DNA of 64,000 nt from positions 186,001-250,000 of the forward strand of contig JAANOX010000004.1 in the NCBI GenBank assembly GCA_020184695.1, written 5' to 3'. The notes below the pieces were generated by a model. That model searched no databases. It was not told where the DNA came from and worked only from the letters and a program-made list of their open reading frames with translations. Positions 46,649-58,102 of this stretch are shown in pieces (position 1 is the stretch's first letter; each line of letters opens with the position of its first letter). This DNA is from Histomonas meleagridis 2922-C6/04-290x. Its lineage: Eukaryota; Protista; Parabasalia. A program made the position numbers and the translations under genes.

Positions 46649-47271
46649 TCAATTCATTTGACTCAATAAAGAGCCTCCTAAAAATTACTTTTAGGTACCA
46701 GTCACTTTTTGAGTTGACGACCGTTATGAGCAATTTTTTTTGGTGACGGTTGATGATCAAAATGAATTAAATATAAAAAATAAAGTATTCAATCCAAACT
46801 ATCGGGCGACCGTTATGAGCAATTTCTTGTAATTTTTGCTAGGTAATATAATCTTGCTCAGGTACCACTAACGTCCTACGCAATATGAAGGCCTAGCAAA
46901 AATTATTCTTATTTTTAAACGTACTAATATAACGGTCTTTCGAAAAATAAAATTTGAACCTGACCCCCACCTTTAGTACACTTTATACTGTTCACCTGTC
47001 TACGCCCTTTTATAAAAAAGTGCTCCGCGGAGTCGGGCTACGGCAGTTTTGTGATAAATGCACTCATTCGCCATTAGGGCTCTCTTTGAGGAAGGGGGTA
47101 CCTTGGTTTAAAGAAAAAGAAAAAAAGAAAAAAGTTCTCAATTGCCCATAGAGCGAACTACGTTATTATCATATATGTGCTGAGTCGAAAAGAAAAAAAC
47201 AAAATTAACCAGAAAAACCGATAGAAAAAAGAAATTATCTTAAAATCAATTGAATGGTTTACATTTTACAA

Positions 47272-47904
47272 TTAAAAATTAAATGAATAATTAGAATTAG
47301 GAACAATTAAAACACTGGGTGCAGATACTTCAAAATTGGTTTCACGAATATAAAATACAAGAGAATTATTAGATGTAAAAAAACCAACTGTACGATTATT
47401 AACTGATGGAAAAGTAGTACCAAAATCATATAAATAATAATAATAAGTACCTGAACTAGAAATAGATGATTGATGTAAATAATGCACATATATCTCAGTA
47501 TATTCAGAATTGGGTTGATTAGGTTCAATTTGAATAATAACATAATAATGTGTTGGATCTATTGTCTGATTTAAATTGCTGATATAAGTAAATTGTGATA
47601 ATGGAATAAAACCAGGAATATCTGAAATAGATATAAAAGATATTGGTATAATAACCTTAATAGTAGATCCAATTTCATAAGCAATCCTTTTAGTACTAGA
47701 ACCACCAGGATAATTAACAATGGTATCTTGAATAGTATAATCAGGAATCCTACCATTGTTCTTAAGAACTTCATAAGCACGATTCAAATCATATTTAGTA
47801 AGAGGTGGATTAATAGGAGGTACCAACTTACGTTGTATAACACGTCCCTTATTACGTGAATAATAAGATTCACTAATAGGTCCAATACGATGTGGATCAA
47901 ACAT
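47272..47904 (-). CDS. Unknown ORF within viral insert (possible capsid or accessory protein)
   Basis: Intact 210 aa ORF convergent with Rep, inside the 19-bp repeats; rich in beta-forming residues. Confidence 0.5.
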   Translation of the reverse strand: MFDPHRIGPISESYYSRNKGRVIQRKLVPPINPPLTKYDLNRAYEVLKNNGRIPDYTIQDTIVNYPGGSSTKRIAYEIGSTIKVIIPISFISISDIPGFIPLSQFTYISNLNQTIDPTHYYVIIQIEPNQPNSEYTEIYVHYLHQSSISSSGTYYYYLYDFGTTFPSVNNRTVGFFTSNNSLVFYIRETNFEVSAPSVLIVPNSNYSFNF

Positions 47905-48422
47905 AAAAATAACAGTGGGAAAATTTTTTATTCTGTTATTTTTATGGGCAAACAGAAAACGATCATATTGTTATCAATTTTTTGTTAAATATTTAATCGT
48001 CTTATATTTCAAAAATTAAAAGTACGTCTTGAAACTGTTTATTTGATTTTCATTTGTGTGCTACACCAAAATGTAAATTTTTCATTATAGTTGTTAAGTA
48101 AATTTTGATGATGCAAAGCAAAATCAAGTGTTGTCTTATAACTTACAGTAATATTGCAATCTAAAATTTCTGATTTGATCTCATTGGCTTGAATTCGCTA
48201 GTGTTAATTTTATGCGTTTTATGATGATTTTTTTGATATAAGACACATATTTATGATGCCTAAATGAAAAGCCTCTCAACATGTTTCAAAAAAAATTTCT
48301 AATAAAAATTAAAAACAAAATAAAGGATATGAAATATAAATTTTTATAAATTAAACGCATTTTTGAAGACATAATTTTTTATAACATCTAGATTCTTTGA
48401 GTTAAATTTCTTTTTCGATTTT

Positions 48423-50555
48423 TTATTGTTTAAGTAATTTAACTATTTCTGTATGTCCATTTTCAGATGCATACATAAGTGATGTTCTAAATAATTTAAA
48501 TAATTTCCAAATATTATTTTGAAATAATAAATAATTAAAATAAATCTTAAATAAAACAAATAAACACCTTTAGCATTAATATCAATTCCTTCTTGTTCAA
48601 GAAGTAATTTAACGATTTCTATATGACCATGAAAAGATGCATACATAAGTGCTGTTTGAGATAATTTTTTTTAATTTCCAAATATTATTTTGAAATTTCA
48701 AATAAATGAAATAAATAAATAATATTACAAATAAAAATCATGTTCATTAACATTTGTAACTCCTTTTTTAAGAAGAATTTTGACTATATCGAGATATCCT
48801 TTCAAAGATGCCATAACAAGTGCAGATTGAAATGTTTTTAACAATTTCCAAATACTATTTTGAAGTTCCAACATATTAAAATCAACTTTATTCTTAATAA
48901 ATAAATACCTTTAACATTGATATCTACATCTTTTTGTGCAAGAAGGAATTTTACGGTTTCTTTGTGATCATTTTCCAATGCAAATATAAGATTTGTGTTA
49001 AGTGCTATGAATATTTTCCATAAGCGTTTTAAAAATATTAAATTATTGTATTAAATATTGATACTAAGAAATAAACGCTTTTACTATTATTATCAATTCC
49101 TTTTTGTTCAATAAGTAATTTGACAATGTCTATATAACCATATTCAGATGCATACATAATTGCTGTTTTTAAATTATTCGAACAATTTCCAAATATTATT
49201 TTAAAACATCTAATTATCAAAATAAAAATAAAACAAAATAATTGAATATTTATAGTATTAATATTAAATCCTCCATGTTCAACAAGTAATTTGATGACTT
49301 CAATATGATTTGTTTTGTTGAATCCTACCATTGTTTTTAGAAGCTGTTATTAGTGCTATATCAAATTTTAGAAATAATTTTATTTTCAATCAAATGTTTA
49401 GCAAGATAAAAATTCCCAGTTTTTGCTGTTTCATTTATAAATGAATTATCAATTTGATTATCTTTTTCTATAAATGAAAAAATTTCATAATTTCCACTTT
49501 TAACACAAATGTCAATTATTTTATTAAAATTTTTTTCTCCAAATTTATTTGAAAAATTCGTGTAATTCATTAATTGTGATTGATGTTCATCTTGAGAATC
49601 TTCATAAAAATATTTAAAAATATCATTTCGATGAAATTTAATTGCGACCTCAAATAAATCGTCAAATGATGTGTGATTTTGTTCACATAAATGAATAATC
49701 TCTAAGTTTCCACCTGCAATAACATATTTACCAATATCATTTACATTAGCGCCATTCATAAGTAAAAATTTAAAACATTTTATAGCAGAAAAAAATGCTG
49801 CAAAACCAATTAATGAAACATTTTCTTGATTAATAAACGAGTATCTTTCATAAAGTGATGGTTCAATTGTTTGATTATAATCAAAATCTTCTTGCGATGA
49901 TATTTCTTGAAGTTTTTCAACATCATCGTTTCGAATTATTTTTGCAATTTCATTAGGATTAACTCCTTCTTTTACTAATTGTTTATGAAGTTCGAAATCA
50001 TTATTTGAAAGTTTGGAATAACTATCATAAAATTTTCTAGAGAATGGATCATTTTGATTAATATTTTTATTTTCTAATTCTGTCTTATAATGAGCAAAAT
50101 ATTTAGATTGAATATTTGATGTAATATTTTCCATTAATTAAATTTTCCATAATCATTCTTTCTATAAGATAATGTGCTTCTTGTGTTTCTATTTTAGAGA
50201 TATATTTACCAAAGATATCAAATATTTTAATATTGTTTTTCTTTAATTCTTCTTCTTTCGATTGAATTGATTTTAAATATTTAAAATATAAATCATAATC
50301 ATTCCTTAGAGAAGAAAATGCTGTATATACTAATATACAAACAACAATATTAAATGAATATACATAATTAGGATCAAATATGTTCATTGCTTGATGAATT
50401 GATATATTGAAATTTTCTTCATTTAAGTTAAAAATTATTTTTTCAAGTTCATTTAAAATTTGCATAAAGATGGTTTCAGCTTTAGAACATTCCACTTTAT
50501 TTTCCAAATGATTTTCTGTCTGTGATGCATTGAATTTTGTTTCATTCTCGCACAT
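48423..50555 (-). other. DUF3447-ankyrin gene with interrupted array (locus C, 5 spacer-preceded modules)
   Basis: ORFs 50103-50555 and 49361-50134 (DUF3447); module spacings 170,170,171,170; terminal TSLMYASENGHTEIVKLLKQ-stop. Confidence 0.82.
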
Positions 50556-50697
50556 ATAGTAATGAAAAAGATGAGCCTTTTTTTTATGAAATGGTGTGCC
50601 CCAATCATCTTTTTTTTATTTTGTGTGTGTTTTAATCGTCTCCGAGTTCAGACAACCGTTATTTTATAACATAATTTGAAAATTCCAACCCACTTTC

Positions 50698-50760
50698 GCG
50701 GTTTTGACCGTATTTCACTGAAAAAGCTCGACTTTTTCAGTGAAATACGGTCAAAACCGC
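50698..50760. repeat. Perfect 29-bp inverted repeat, 5-nt loop
   Basis: GCGGTTTTGACCGTATTTCACTGAAAAAG-CTCGA-CTTTTTCAGTGAAATACGGTCAAAACCGC. Confidence 0.97.
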
Positions 50761-51459
50761 TTATCACATAAAAAAAATCGTTGTTGCGTTGTATACTCTT
50801 GTGTTTTGTCAAAACAAATAGATTACTGAACATTTCAACTTTTTTTCTGCCGAAAATATTGTTGTATTCTATTTGACACCTTTGTGATAATGATTCCTGC
50901 ATATTCCGATTGTAAACGGTTTTGGAGCGTTCCACAAGAATTCTTGACTTCAGTCTATAACGGCCGCTCGTGAGATGGAGAAAAAAATATGTATTGAATA
51001 GTTTACTCATAAATTGGATGATTTTTGATAATTTCAGTAAAAAGCTAATTTACTCCGACTCGTAATGAATTCAGATTTTTTTTTTTTTTCTATTTATATA
51101 TTTAACCTTTTAACAATCGATAATTTTCGATGGTTTTGTTAGCACTATTCTTAGAATAGTTTCTCATATTTTGATATTATATTTTTTTTATCAGAATCTG
51201 GCGTTTTGCTCCTTTTATATATATATATATATATATATATCAAATTTAATCACAGCAAAACGACATGGTTTGTCTGTAGCAAAGAACGATTGGCCTAAAC
51301 ATTCTATATTAAAATTTCATAAAGAATTATTTTTCCAAAACACTGTTTTGTTTTTTAATAAACCAAATCTTGTGAGTAATTCTTCAAAATATGAACTGCA
51401 GTAACTTGTTTATTATGATAATAACAAAACTATAGAACGATAGATCACAACTCATAGTT

Positions 51460-51512
51460 AAAATTATACCGACACTTTTTGAGCGAAGCTCAAAAAGTGT
51501 CGGTATAATTTT
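51460..51512. repeat. Perfect 25-bp inverted repeat with GAA loop
   Basis: AAAATTATACCGACACTTTTTGAGC-GAA-GCTCAAAAAGTGTCGGTATAATTTT. Confidence 0.97.
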
Positions 51513-51517
51513 GATTT

Positions 51518-52586
51518 TCAGAAAACTATTTGATAATAATTATGTGTAACAACTTTTTCAATAGACCAGTGGTCCATGAGCTACCACATGGATATCAATA
51601 GTTTAGTTCAAGCTACTGTATCTGTTGAACAACAAAGGATTGCTGAAAACACACAAAGAACATATAATTCTTCGTTGCGTTCATATGAAAATACAATGAA
51701 TCAAATTCCTAATGCACCCGAATTATATCTTATTACTGAGAATAAATTACGTGCTTTTTTGAGATCCTATAGAAGTCAACACCCTCAAACAATCTATTCC
51801 TATGTTAAATCATTCGTCTCAGCTGTTGTATCTTATTTAAAAAAAATAACTTAGATGATTTTACGAAAACAAATAATTTTAAGTCGTACATGCTTGGCTT
51901 GAAAAGAATAATGAAGGGGGATACATCTCCAAATGCGAAAAAGTATGTCACAATACAACTTATGATAGAACTTGCAAAAAGTACTAATCAAAATGTAAAA
52001 AATGATATAGAACTTATGACAATAGAAAGTTTGTGCTTCTATGGCTTTTTACGAATTAGCGAGGCGTGCAGATTAATGTGAAAAGATATAACGTATGATC
52101 AGGACGGACGTTTGGTATTATTCATTCCTTATTCTAAAACAGATCATACAGGGAGGAGAGTCAATGTGCACGTTTGTCGTTCAAACACAATATATTCCCT
52201 TTTTCTATGGTTACCAAAATGGAAAGAATTAAGTTATATAAATGAAGAATCGAATGTCTTTACATTATGTAATAGAACAGTTAGGAGAAAGTTTAAATTG
52301 CAACTAAAAAAAATTGGAGTGAATCCAGAGAGTTATTCAACACATTCTTTTCCTAAAGGGGCCGCTCATGAAGCATCATTGGCTGGAATTGCTGATTGCG
52401 AAATTAAAGCCCAAGGAAGATGGATTTCTTCATGCTATCAGCGTTATACTTCTATCCAAATGGTTGAGGCTGAAGATGCGATTACAGTAAAAATATAATA
52501 AAAACTCAATTTAAATTTGTCCATATAATTTTATATATGAGATTGAAAAAGTTGTTACACAAAATTATTATCAAAAAGTTTTCTGA
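51518..52586. mobile_element. Tyrosine-recombinase element with 45-bp terminal inverted repeats
   Basis: TCAGAAAACTATTTGATAATAATTATGTGTAACAACTTTTTCAAT (51518-51562) matches the reverse complement of 52542-52586 at 43/45 positions. Confidence 0.8.
51576..52498 (+). pseudogene. Tyrosine recombinase (phage integrase fold), disrupted
   Basis: IAENTQRTY, FYGFLRISEA (R), YSKTD (K), HSFP (HxxR with Arg lost), QGRWISSCYQRY (W, Y); one frameshift near 51845 and TGA at 52079. Confidence 0.88.
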
Positions 52587-52869
52587 GAATTAAATGTTTT
52601 ACACTATAATGATAGATGAAAAATAACCTAAGTTAATTCAGAAAACTAGAGGATTCCGAATGGGTAATAATATTTCTGAAATTGACATCAAAAAATAATA
52701 GTTTTAAATTTAAATCGAAGGAATAAAAAAGGAAATAAAAATATGATTATCCCCTGTTTTATTTTTGATTAAATTTTCGAGCATCTCTACTCTTATATGG
52801 CCATTTAAATAATCAAAAAGCTATAGCTGATTTCACTGAGATTATTGATTAATATCTATCGTTTTTAGA

Positions 52870-53460
52870 ACTCAATTTCGATTTCCATAATTTAATTCGT
52901 TTAACTAAAAACAAATACTTCTCGTAAATTCAAATCAAAAGGTGCAATCGATTGAGTTTTGATACCTCAACATTAATATTACTCCTAACTCAAAAATAAT
53001 AAATTTATTTCCTCAATTTCTACTTAAAGAAAACACACAAGAATCATTTTATTTACTTAATTACATGATTAACTATAATTTACTTGAATCAAAAATCATC
53101 CAAAATATACATAAACCATTTTTTGTTCATATTAATCAAGATAAATTTGATAAATATAAATATTCATTTTATCCAGAAAATATTGCTTGTGAAGAACTTT
53201 CAAAGAATGATTTTGCACTTCATAAGCAATAAATGAAATTAATAAATATATGAATTACTACATCTTTCATATTCAAGGATTAAATTAATAAGTTCCAAAT
53301 TTCCAGATTCAGTCGCAAATAATAAAATATTCTTTGGTATTGAATGATTTTCAAGATAGTAATTAACAAGAAAGAAATTCCCAGCTCTTGCAGATTCAAA
53401 TTATTCTTTTATTGATATTCATTCCTTCTCCATTTAAAAAATTAAGAATATCAAAATTAT
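52870..53460. pseudogene. Rearranged relic of a DUF3447-ankyrin family gene
   Basis: Plus-strand TQESFYLLNYMINYNLL and LSKNDFALHKQ-stop; minus-strand FESARAGNFFLVNYYLENHSIPKNILLFATESGNLELI; both homologous to loci A/B. Confidence 0.6.
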
Positions 53461-53995
53461 TATAATTAATACAAACTTCTCCTAATTGACAAAAATCACG
53501 CATTTCAAATACAATTTTAAAATGTATAAAGTATATACCGATGTAGGGTATGACTTTTTTTTATGTAAATATTTTCATTTATAAAAATAATTTGTTAAAC
53601 AAATATTTATTTTAATTTTTAAAATTTCATTGTTCCAAAAATCAAAGCTTATTTGATAGTTGTAATGCTCATTCCCTCTCCAACTTTATGTTGATATGGA
53701 TTAACGAAATGATCAGGTGTTAGCATCTAAAAATTTAAAACATCCTATCAAAACCTCATGCGATTGATCATCAACATGGTTAAATATATATAATATATAT
53801 AGTACTATGTTTCTTTCCATGTAGTCAAAAAAGTTCCTCAAAACTATAGTTTTTCAAATGATTTCTAAAAATAAAAATCGATTTATTTGATATGAAAAAA
53901 GCATATAAAAACATGTACAAGTTTTAAAAAATCGATCACCAAATTTTTATTAAAATCACCAAACATATATCAAATTACATCAACATTTAATTTTT

Positions 53996-55396
53996 TTATT
54001 GCTTATTTTGGACAGTACATTTTTCCTCTTTTATTGGTTTCGTACCTTGGAAATGTGATGCCACAATACATTGTCTTAATTTCGATCCAGCAAATATAAC
54101 AGAATCCGATTCCACAAGACAATCACTTAGCTCTGCTCCTTCTTGAATTGTCACTCCTTCGAACAAGACTGTGTTTGTTATTTTGGCACCTTTTCCAATT
54201 TTACAATTTTTACCTATGACTGATCGTTGAATTGTTACATTTTCGTTTGGTATATGAAGGTTATCTCCATATACATTACATGGTAAAAACCTAAATGTAT
54301 TATGTACACTTATATCTCTCCCAACATAATAACCGTTTGTGTTTTCACCGTGCGGTGTAAACCCTTTCAATTTTTGAGAGCCGCACATCAAATTTGAAAG
54401 GAATAACGATGCGTAATCTGTGACACGAAATGCAAAATTGTCATCGCCAATGCAATAGATAGATGCCTTATGGGCTACCTTCCGACGGCTAATGTGATTG
54501 TTGACAAGTTGTGATGATTCAACATCTTCACGACATAAATATGGAATCAATTCAGATTCAATAGAATGAATCTTTTGTCCACTGGAAACATCTTCTTTGA
54601 GAAGAGCAACACATTTAGGAGATAAAATATAAGCATTTGTTAATTGCATCGAAGAATCGACAATAAGAGATTTGCTATTTCGCAAAAAGATATCTTGGAT
54701 TTCCATCCCTTCATTACTTTCTTCAAATGAAAATTCTGATGAAGCAATTGACTCACTAGATGAATCTCGATCAATTAATGTCTGTTTTAGAGAAAGATCC
54801 AAATCTTCATTAAGAGATTCTTGATCAGAAAGTAGTGTAACCAGTTTTGTAGGCTCATTTTCGGGATAGACAAAATATCTGGTTCCGTATGGATTTCGAA
54901 CATTAATCATATAGCCCGGAACTTTGGATTTGGACTTATCAAGGCCGTGTTTTGTTGTGATGACAGTGATTTCGGAGCGTGATGAAATATGGAAATCAAT
55001 AATTTGGGTTAAATTTACGGAAGTTAATAAATCGATTGGAAATATGAATGTATATTTGTCGGCTCCTATTTTACGAACAATATCACCTGTAGTGACAGTA
55101 CCATCAACAGGAAGAAGTGAAAGATTAATATTTAAATTATTATGTGAGGTATATTGGGCAAGATAATCTTCGTACTCTTTGTTGTCCTTACTTAAGCAAA
55201 CAAGAGTTATATTCCTTAATCCGCAATTTTCAAATTGTTTAAAAATGTGATGAGCAATTGGCTTGTTACCAATTGTTACACGACCGAAAAGTTTTTCACT
55301 AAGTGCTTCTCGTGTAAAAGGTGGTCTGTTTGCCATTATAATTACATTGATATTCGAATAAGGTGATTTATGAAGAACTTGAGGTGTAGGTATCAT
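53996..55396 (-). CDS. Translation initiation factor eIF2B gamma-like
   Basis: Nucleotidyltransferase-like N-terminus (TIGNKPIAHH...ITLVC; FIFPIDLLT) plus C-terminal left-handed beta-helix (IQRSVIGKNCKIGKGAKITNTVL). Confidence 0.72.
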   Translation of the reverse strand: MIPTPQVLHKSPYSNINVIIMANRPPFTREALSEKLFGRVTIGNKPIAHHIFKQFENCGLRNITLVCLSKDNKEYEDYLAQYTSHNNLNINLSLLPVDGTVTTGDIVRKIGADKYTFIFPIDLLTSVNLTQIIDFHISSRSEITVITTKHGLDKSKSKVPGYMINVRNPYGTRYFVYPENEPTKLVTLLSDQESLNEDLDLSLKQTLIDRDSSSESIASSEFSFEESNEGMEIQDIFLRNSKSLIVDSSMQLTNAYILSPKCVALLKEDVSSGQKIHSIESELIPYLCREDVESSQLVNNHISRRKVAHKASIYCIGDDNFAFRVTDYASLFLSNLMCGSQKLKGFTPHGENTNGYYVGRDISVHNTFRFLPCNVYGDNLHIPNENVTIQRSVIGKNCKIGKGAKITNTVLFEGVTIQEGAELSDCLVESDSVIFAGSKLRQCIVASHFQGTKPIKEEKCTVQNKQ

Positions 55397-56563
55397 GTCT
55401 TCTGGGCCACGTGTAAAATTCTGAAAACTTCTCCGATAGAAATATAAAAAAATGAAATGTTGGGAATCGGACCTTGGCAAAGCTGAAGAAAACGGTCGTT
55501 TTAAACATGCAGGGAAATTTTTTTCCTTACTTGTGATGAGACATTTGAATCAATAAAAAAAAAATTCATTATTAGGTTTGCACAAAAACAAAATAATCGT
55601 TTATTTTGCAAGCAAATTCAACTTAAACAATCTTACTATTGACCAAAAAATATTTATGTCTGCTTCAAGACATGAAAACTTTTGGATCACAAACTTCATT
55701 TCCCTCCATTTTCTCTGTCGTGAACTTTTTGCTTCTAATTTTTCATGTTATTCGATTTCTGTTCAATAATCAAAGAAGACATTAAATTCTTCTTTTCTTT
55801 ATATAAAAGAATAAACAAAACAACATACTGCTAAATTAAATGAATATAGAAAAGATCACAAAAAAGTTCGCAATTGAGAAAATGCCAACATTAAAACAGC
55901 GTTATTTTTCAATAAAAAGAAATTTTAAACATCTTTATCTCGAACTGTATCAGAAAATAAAATATTCAGAAAATATCCTATGTGATCTCTGATACCAAAA
56001 TTTCAATTACATGTTGTGCAGCCATATGAATAATATAATTTCTGTAATATTTTTTATTTAATAATATTTTTGCCACTATATATTTATATAAAGCTTCTCT
56101 AAAAAATGTGAAGATTTGCCTGAAAAAAATGTAAATATTTTTTTGGATTCATTATTTTTCCCAATATATCCATTCTAACATCTGTGTATATTGTTTCTGT
56201 TCATGAGAACATTTGAATATCATATTAAATATTTTGGTAATATTTTATATAAATTGCATTCAATTTGAATTACTATATTATTTAGAATATTTTTGTAAAT
56301 GTTTTAAAAACATTTGGTTTCAAAGATAAAAGTTATTTGATAAAATTTAATTTTTCCAGAATATTTCACACCATACGGTGTGTTAAGAGATGTTATGTGA
56401 CTTTACGTTAAATTGAAAGCCACCGGATAATCGATTAATTAATTATTTAAAAGTGAAAAATTGAAATACGATAGAACATAATTGTGAGAGGACTAAAACT
56501 TGAATGGACTTTTTCAGCCAAAATTCGGTCGTATTTAAAATTGATTTTTCGTACCAAAACCAT

Positions 56564-58102
56564 ATGCCAACCCTCGGAAGCGGAGGAGAGGCTACATACC
56601 AGCGAATTGATAACACTCGGGCACGTCCCGAATGTTTGGCTTTAGCTTTGATGGGCATAGTTTTAACAATATCTTTTGGGGGAATTACAATCTATTGGTT
56701 TGCTCGAAAACATGGACAAATTCTTGCTTTAAGTTCCTTACGATCAATTAGCCCATTATATGAAAAAACAATACCACCATATTTTATTGCTTCATCAAAA
56801 TCTATAATTCCAAATATACGAAAATATCAAACAGATTATTCAAATATAACCTCTATCGCTTATGCTTTAGAGGTTAGTTATCGTAACAAAGGACTTTCTT
56901 CAAAATATCTTGATGAAAATCAATTTCTTCAACTTTCTGAATCTTCCATTTCCAATATACTTCAAACGTTTTGTAAAAATAACGAAAATAATAGGATGTG
57001 CAAAACCAACAACAGTATATTATTTTTCTCTTCACAAACGAATTCATCTTCAAATGTTTATCCAGCATCTTTCAATAAATCCGAAACATTTTCTAAGAAC
57101 CCACTTAAGTTTAAGACTAAAGATCAAAGTTTTATCAAAGGAATTTCAAAAACAAAGGGAAAACTCATCAACAAAAATCGTCCATTCTTAATCTCATCCC
57201 AAATTCCAATGAAACGATTTTGGGCATCATGTGGCTCTTCTACAAGCAGTTGCTGTCTCAGTAAATTGTATCCATGCCACAATGGAGATTTTTGTTATCC
57301 AAATAATTTCCAAATGAAATCAGATTTTATTTCAGCCCCTTACCTTCATTCTGTTCCCGGTAATTATAATACTTTTCTTCTACTTGGCTATAATGACAAC
57401 TTTGATTTTTCCAAAAGTCAGTATATTACAGATAATGGAGGTTTCATTCTTCTTAGTAACTGGGGTTACATTGGGCATTCCATAGATTACTTACTTAGTC
57501 TCATATCAATTATGGAAGAACGTCAGATTTGTCCCAATCCAAGCGACATCTCAACTTGGACTCCATCAACGTTTGAATGTGCTGTAAACCATTCAAACAA
57601 CATATCGTTCTGCAGCGATGAAATCACTCAAAAAATCGGCAACACAACAATACAAGGAAGCATTGAACTCAAGTGCATAGATTCAGCGCATTGTAAAGTC
57701 AATAATAGATATGTCATGTTACGTGATACGAATCAATTTGCAGTTACAGAGATTGATGGTATTCCATATGGAAATGTTATTAACCTTGATGAAAAGCGGA
57801 TAGAAACCATAAAAAGCCTTCCTTTTGATATGCTTGGATATGCATTTGAGCCAGTTGAATACCCAAAGCCTCCAAATGATGACGATTGTGGCTTTGTGCT
57901 TATCCCTTATAGTGAGTTCGAATGGGTCGAAATGAACACAGTGAACGGGTGGAACGCATTCGACCTACAAGTGCTATGGGAAGAACAGAGTTTTGACAAA
58001 CAGAGCAAAGAATTCGATTACACTTATGTAAGGAATTCGCTGAGAGATTTTAATTTTACGACAGCAAAGTTCCTTAAGATGGAAGACGAAATACAGATAT
58101 AG
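56564..58102 (+). CDS. Type II membrane protein, Cys-rich, with degenerate papain-like C-terminal motifs
   Basis: TM segment LALALMGIVLTISFGGITIYWF; FLLLGYNDNF and GGFILLSNWG resemble C1-peptidase motifs; no catalytic Cys motif seen. Confidence 0.5.
   Translation: MPTLGSGGEATYQRIDNTRARPECLALALMGIVLTISFGGITIYWFARKHGQILALSSLRSISPLYEKTIPPYFIASSKSIIPNIRKYQTDYSNITSIAYALEVSYRNKGLSSKYLDENQFLQLSESSISNILQTFCKNNENNRMCKTNNSILFFSSQTNSSSNVYPASFNKSETFSKNPLKFKTKDQSFIKGISKTKGKLINKNRPFLISSQIPMKRFWASCGSSTSSCCLSKLYPCHNGDFCYPNNFQMKSDFISAPYLHSVPGNYNTFLLLGYNDNFDFSKSQYITDNGGFILLSNWGYIGHSIDYLLSLISIMEERQICPNPSDISTWTPSTFECAVNHSNNISFCSDEITQKIGNTTIQGSIELKCIDSAHCKVNNRYVMLRDTNQFAVTEIDGIPYGNVINLDEKRIETIKSLPFDMLGYAFEPVEYPKPPNDDDCGFVLIPYSEFEWVEMNTVNGWNAFDLQVLWEEQSFDKQSKEFDYTYVRNSLRDFNFTTAKFLKMEDEIQI

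Larger units (their letters stand above)
46050..47952. mobile_element. Endogenous CRESS DNA virus-like element bounded by 19-bp direct repeats
   Basis: TGTTATTTTTATGGGCAAA at 46050-46068 and 47934-47952 encloses a Rep helicase relic, a repeat-rich intergenic region and a convergent ORF. Confidence 0.8.

Noticed and set aside
50648-51010. 120-aa minus-strand ORF across the first hairpin
   Set aside because: No recognisable motif, and it runs through a perfect palindrome; probably spurious
51217-51240. (TA)n tract
   Set aside because: Ordinary microsatellite in AT-rich DNA
53840-53853. 14-bp palindrome AAAACTATAGTTTT
   Set aside because: Short and AT-rich; expected by chance
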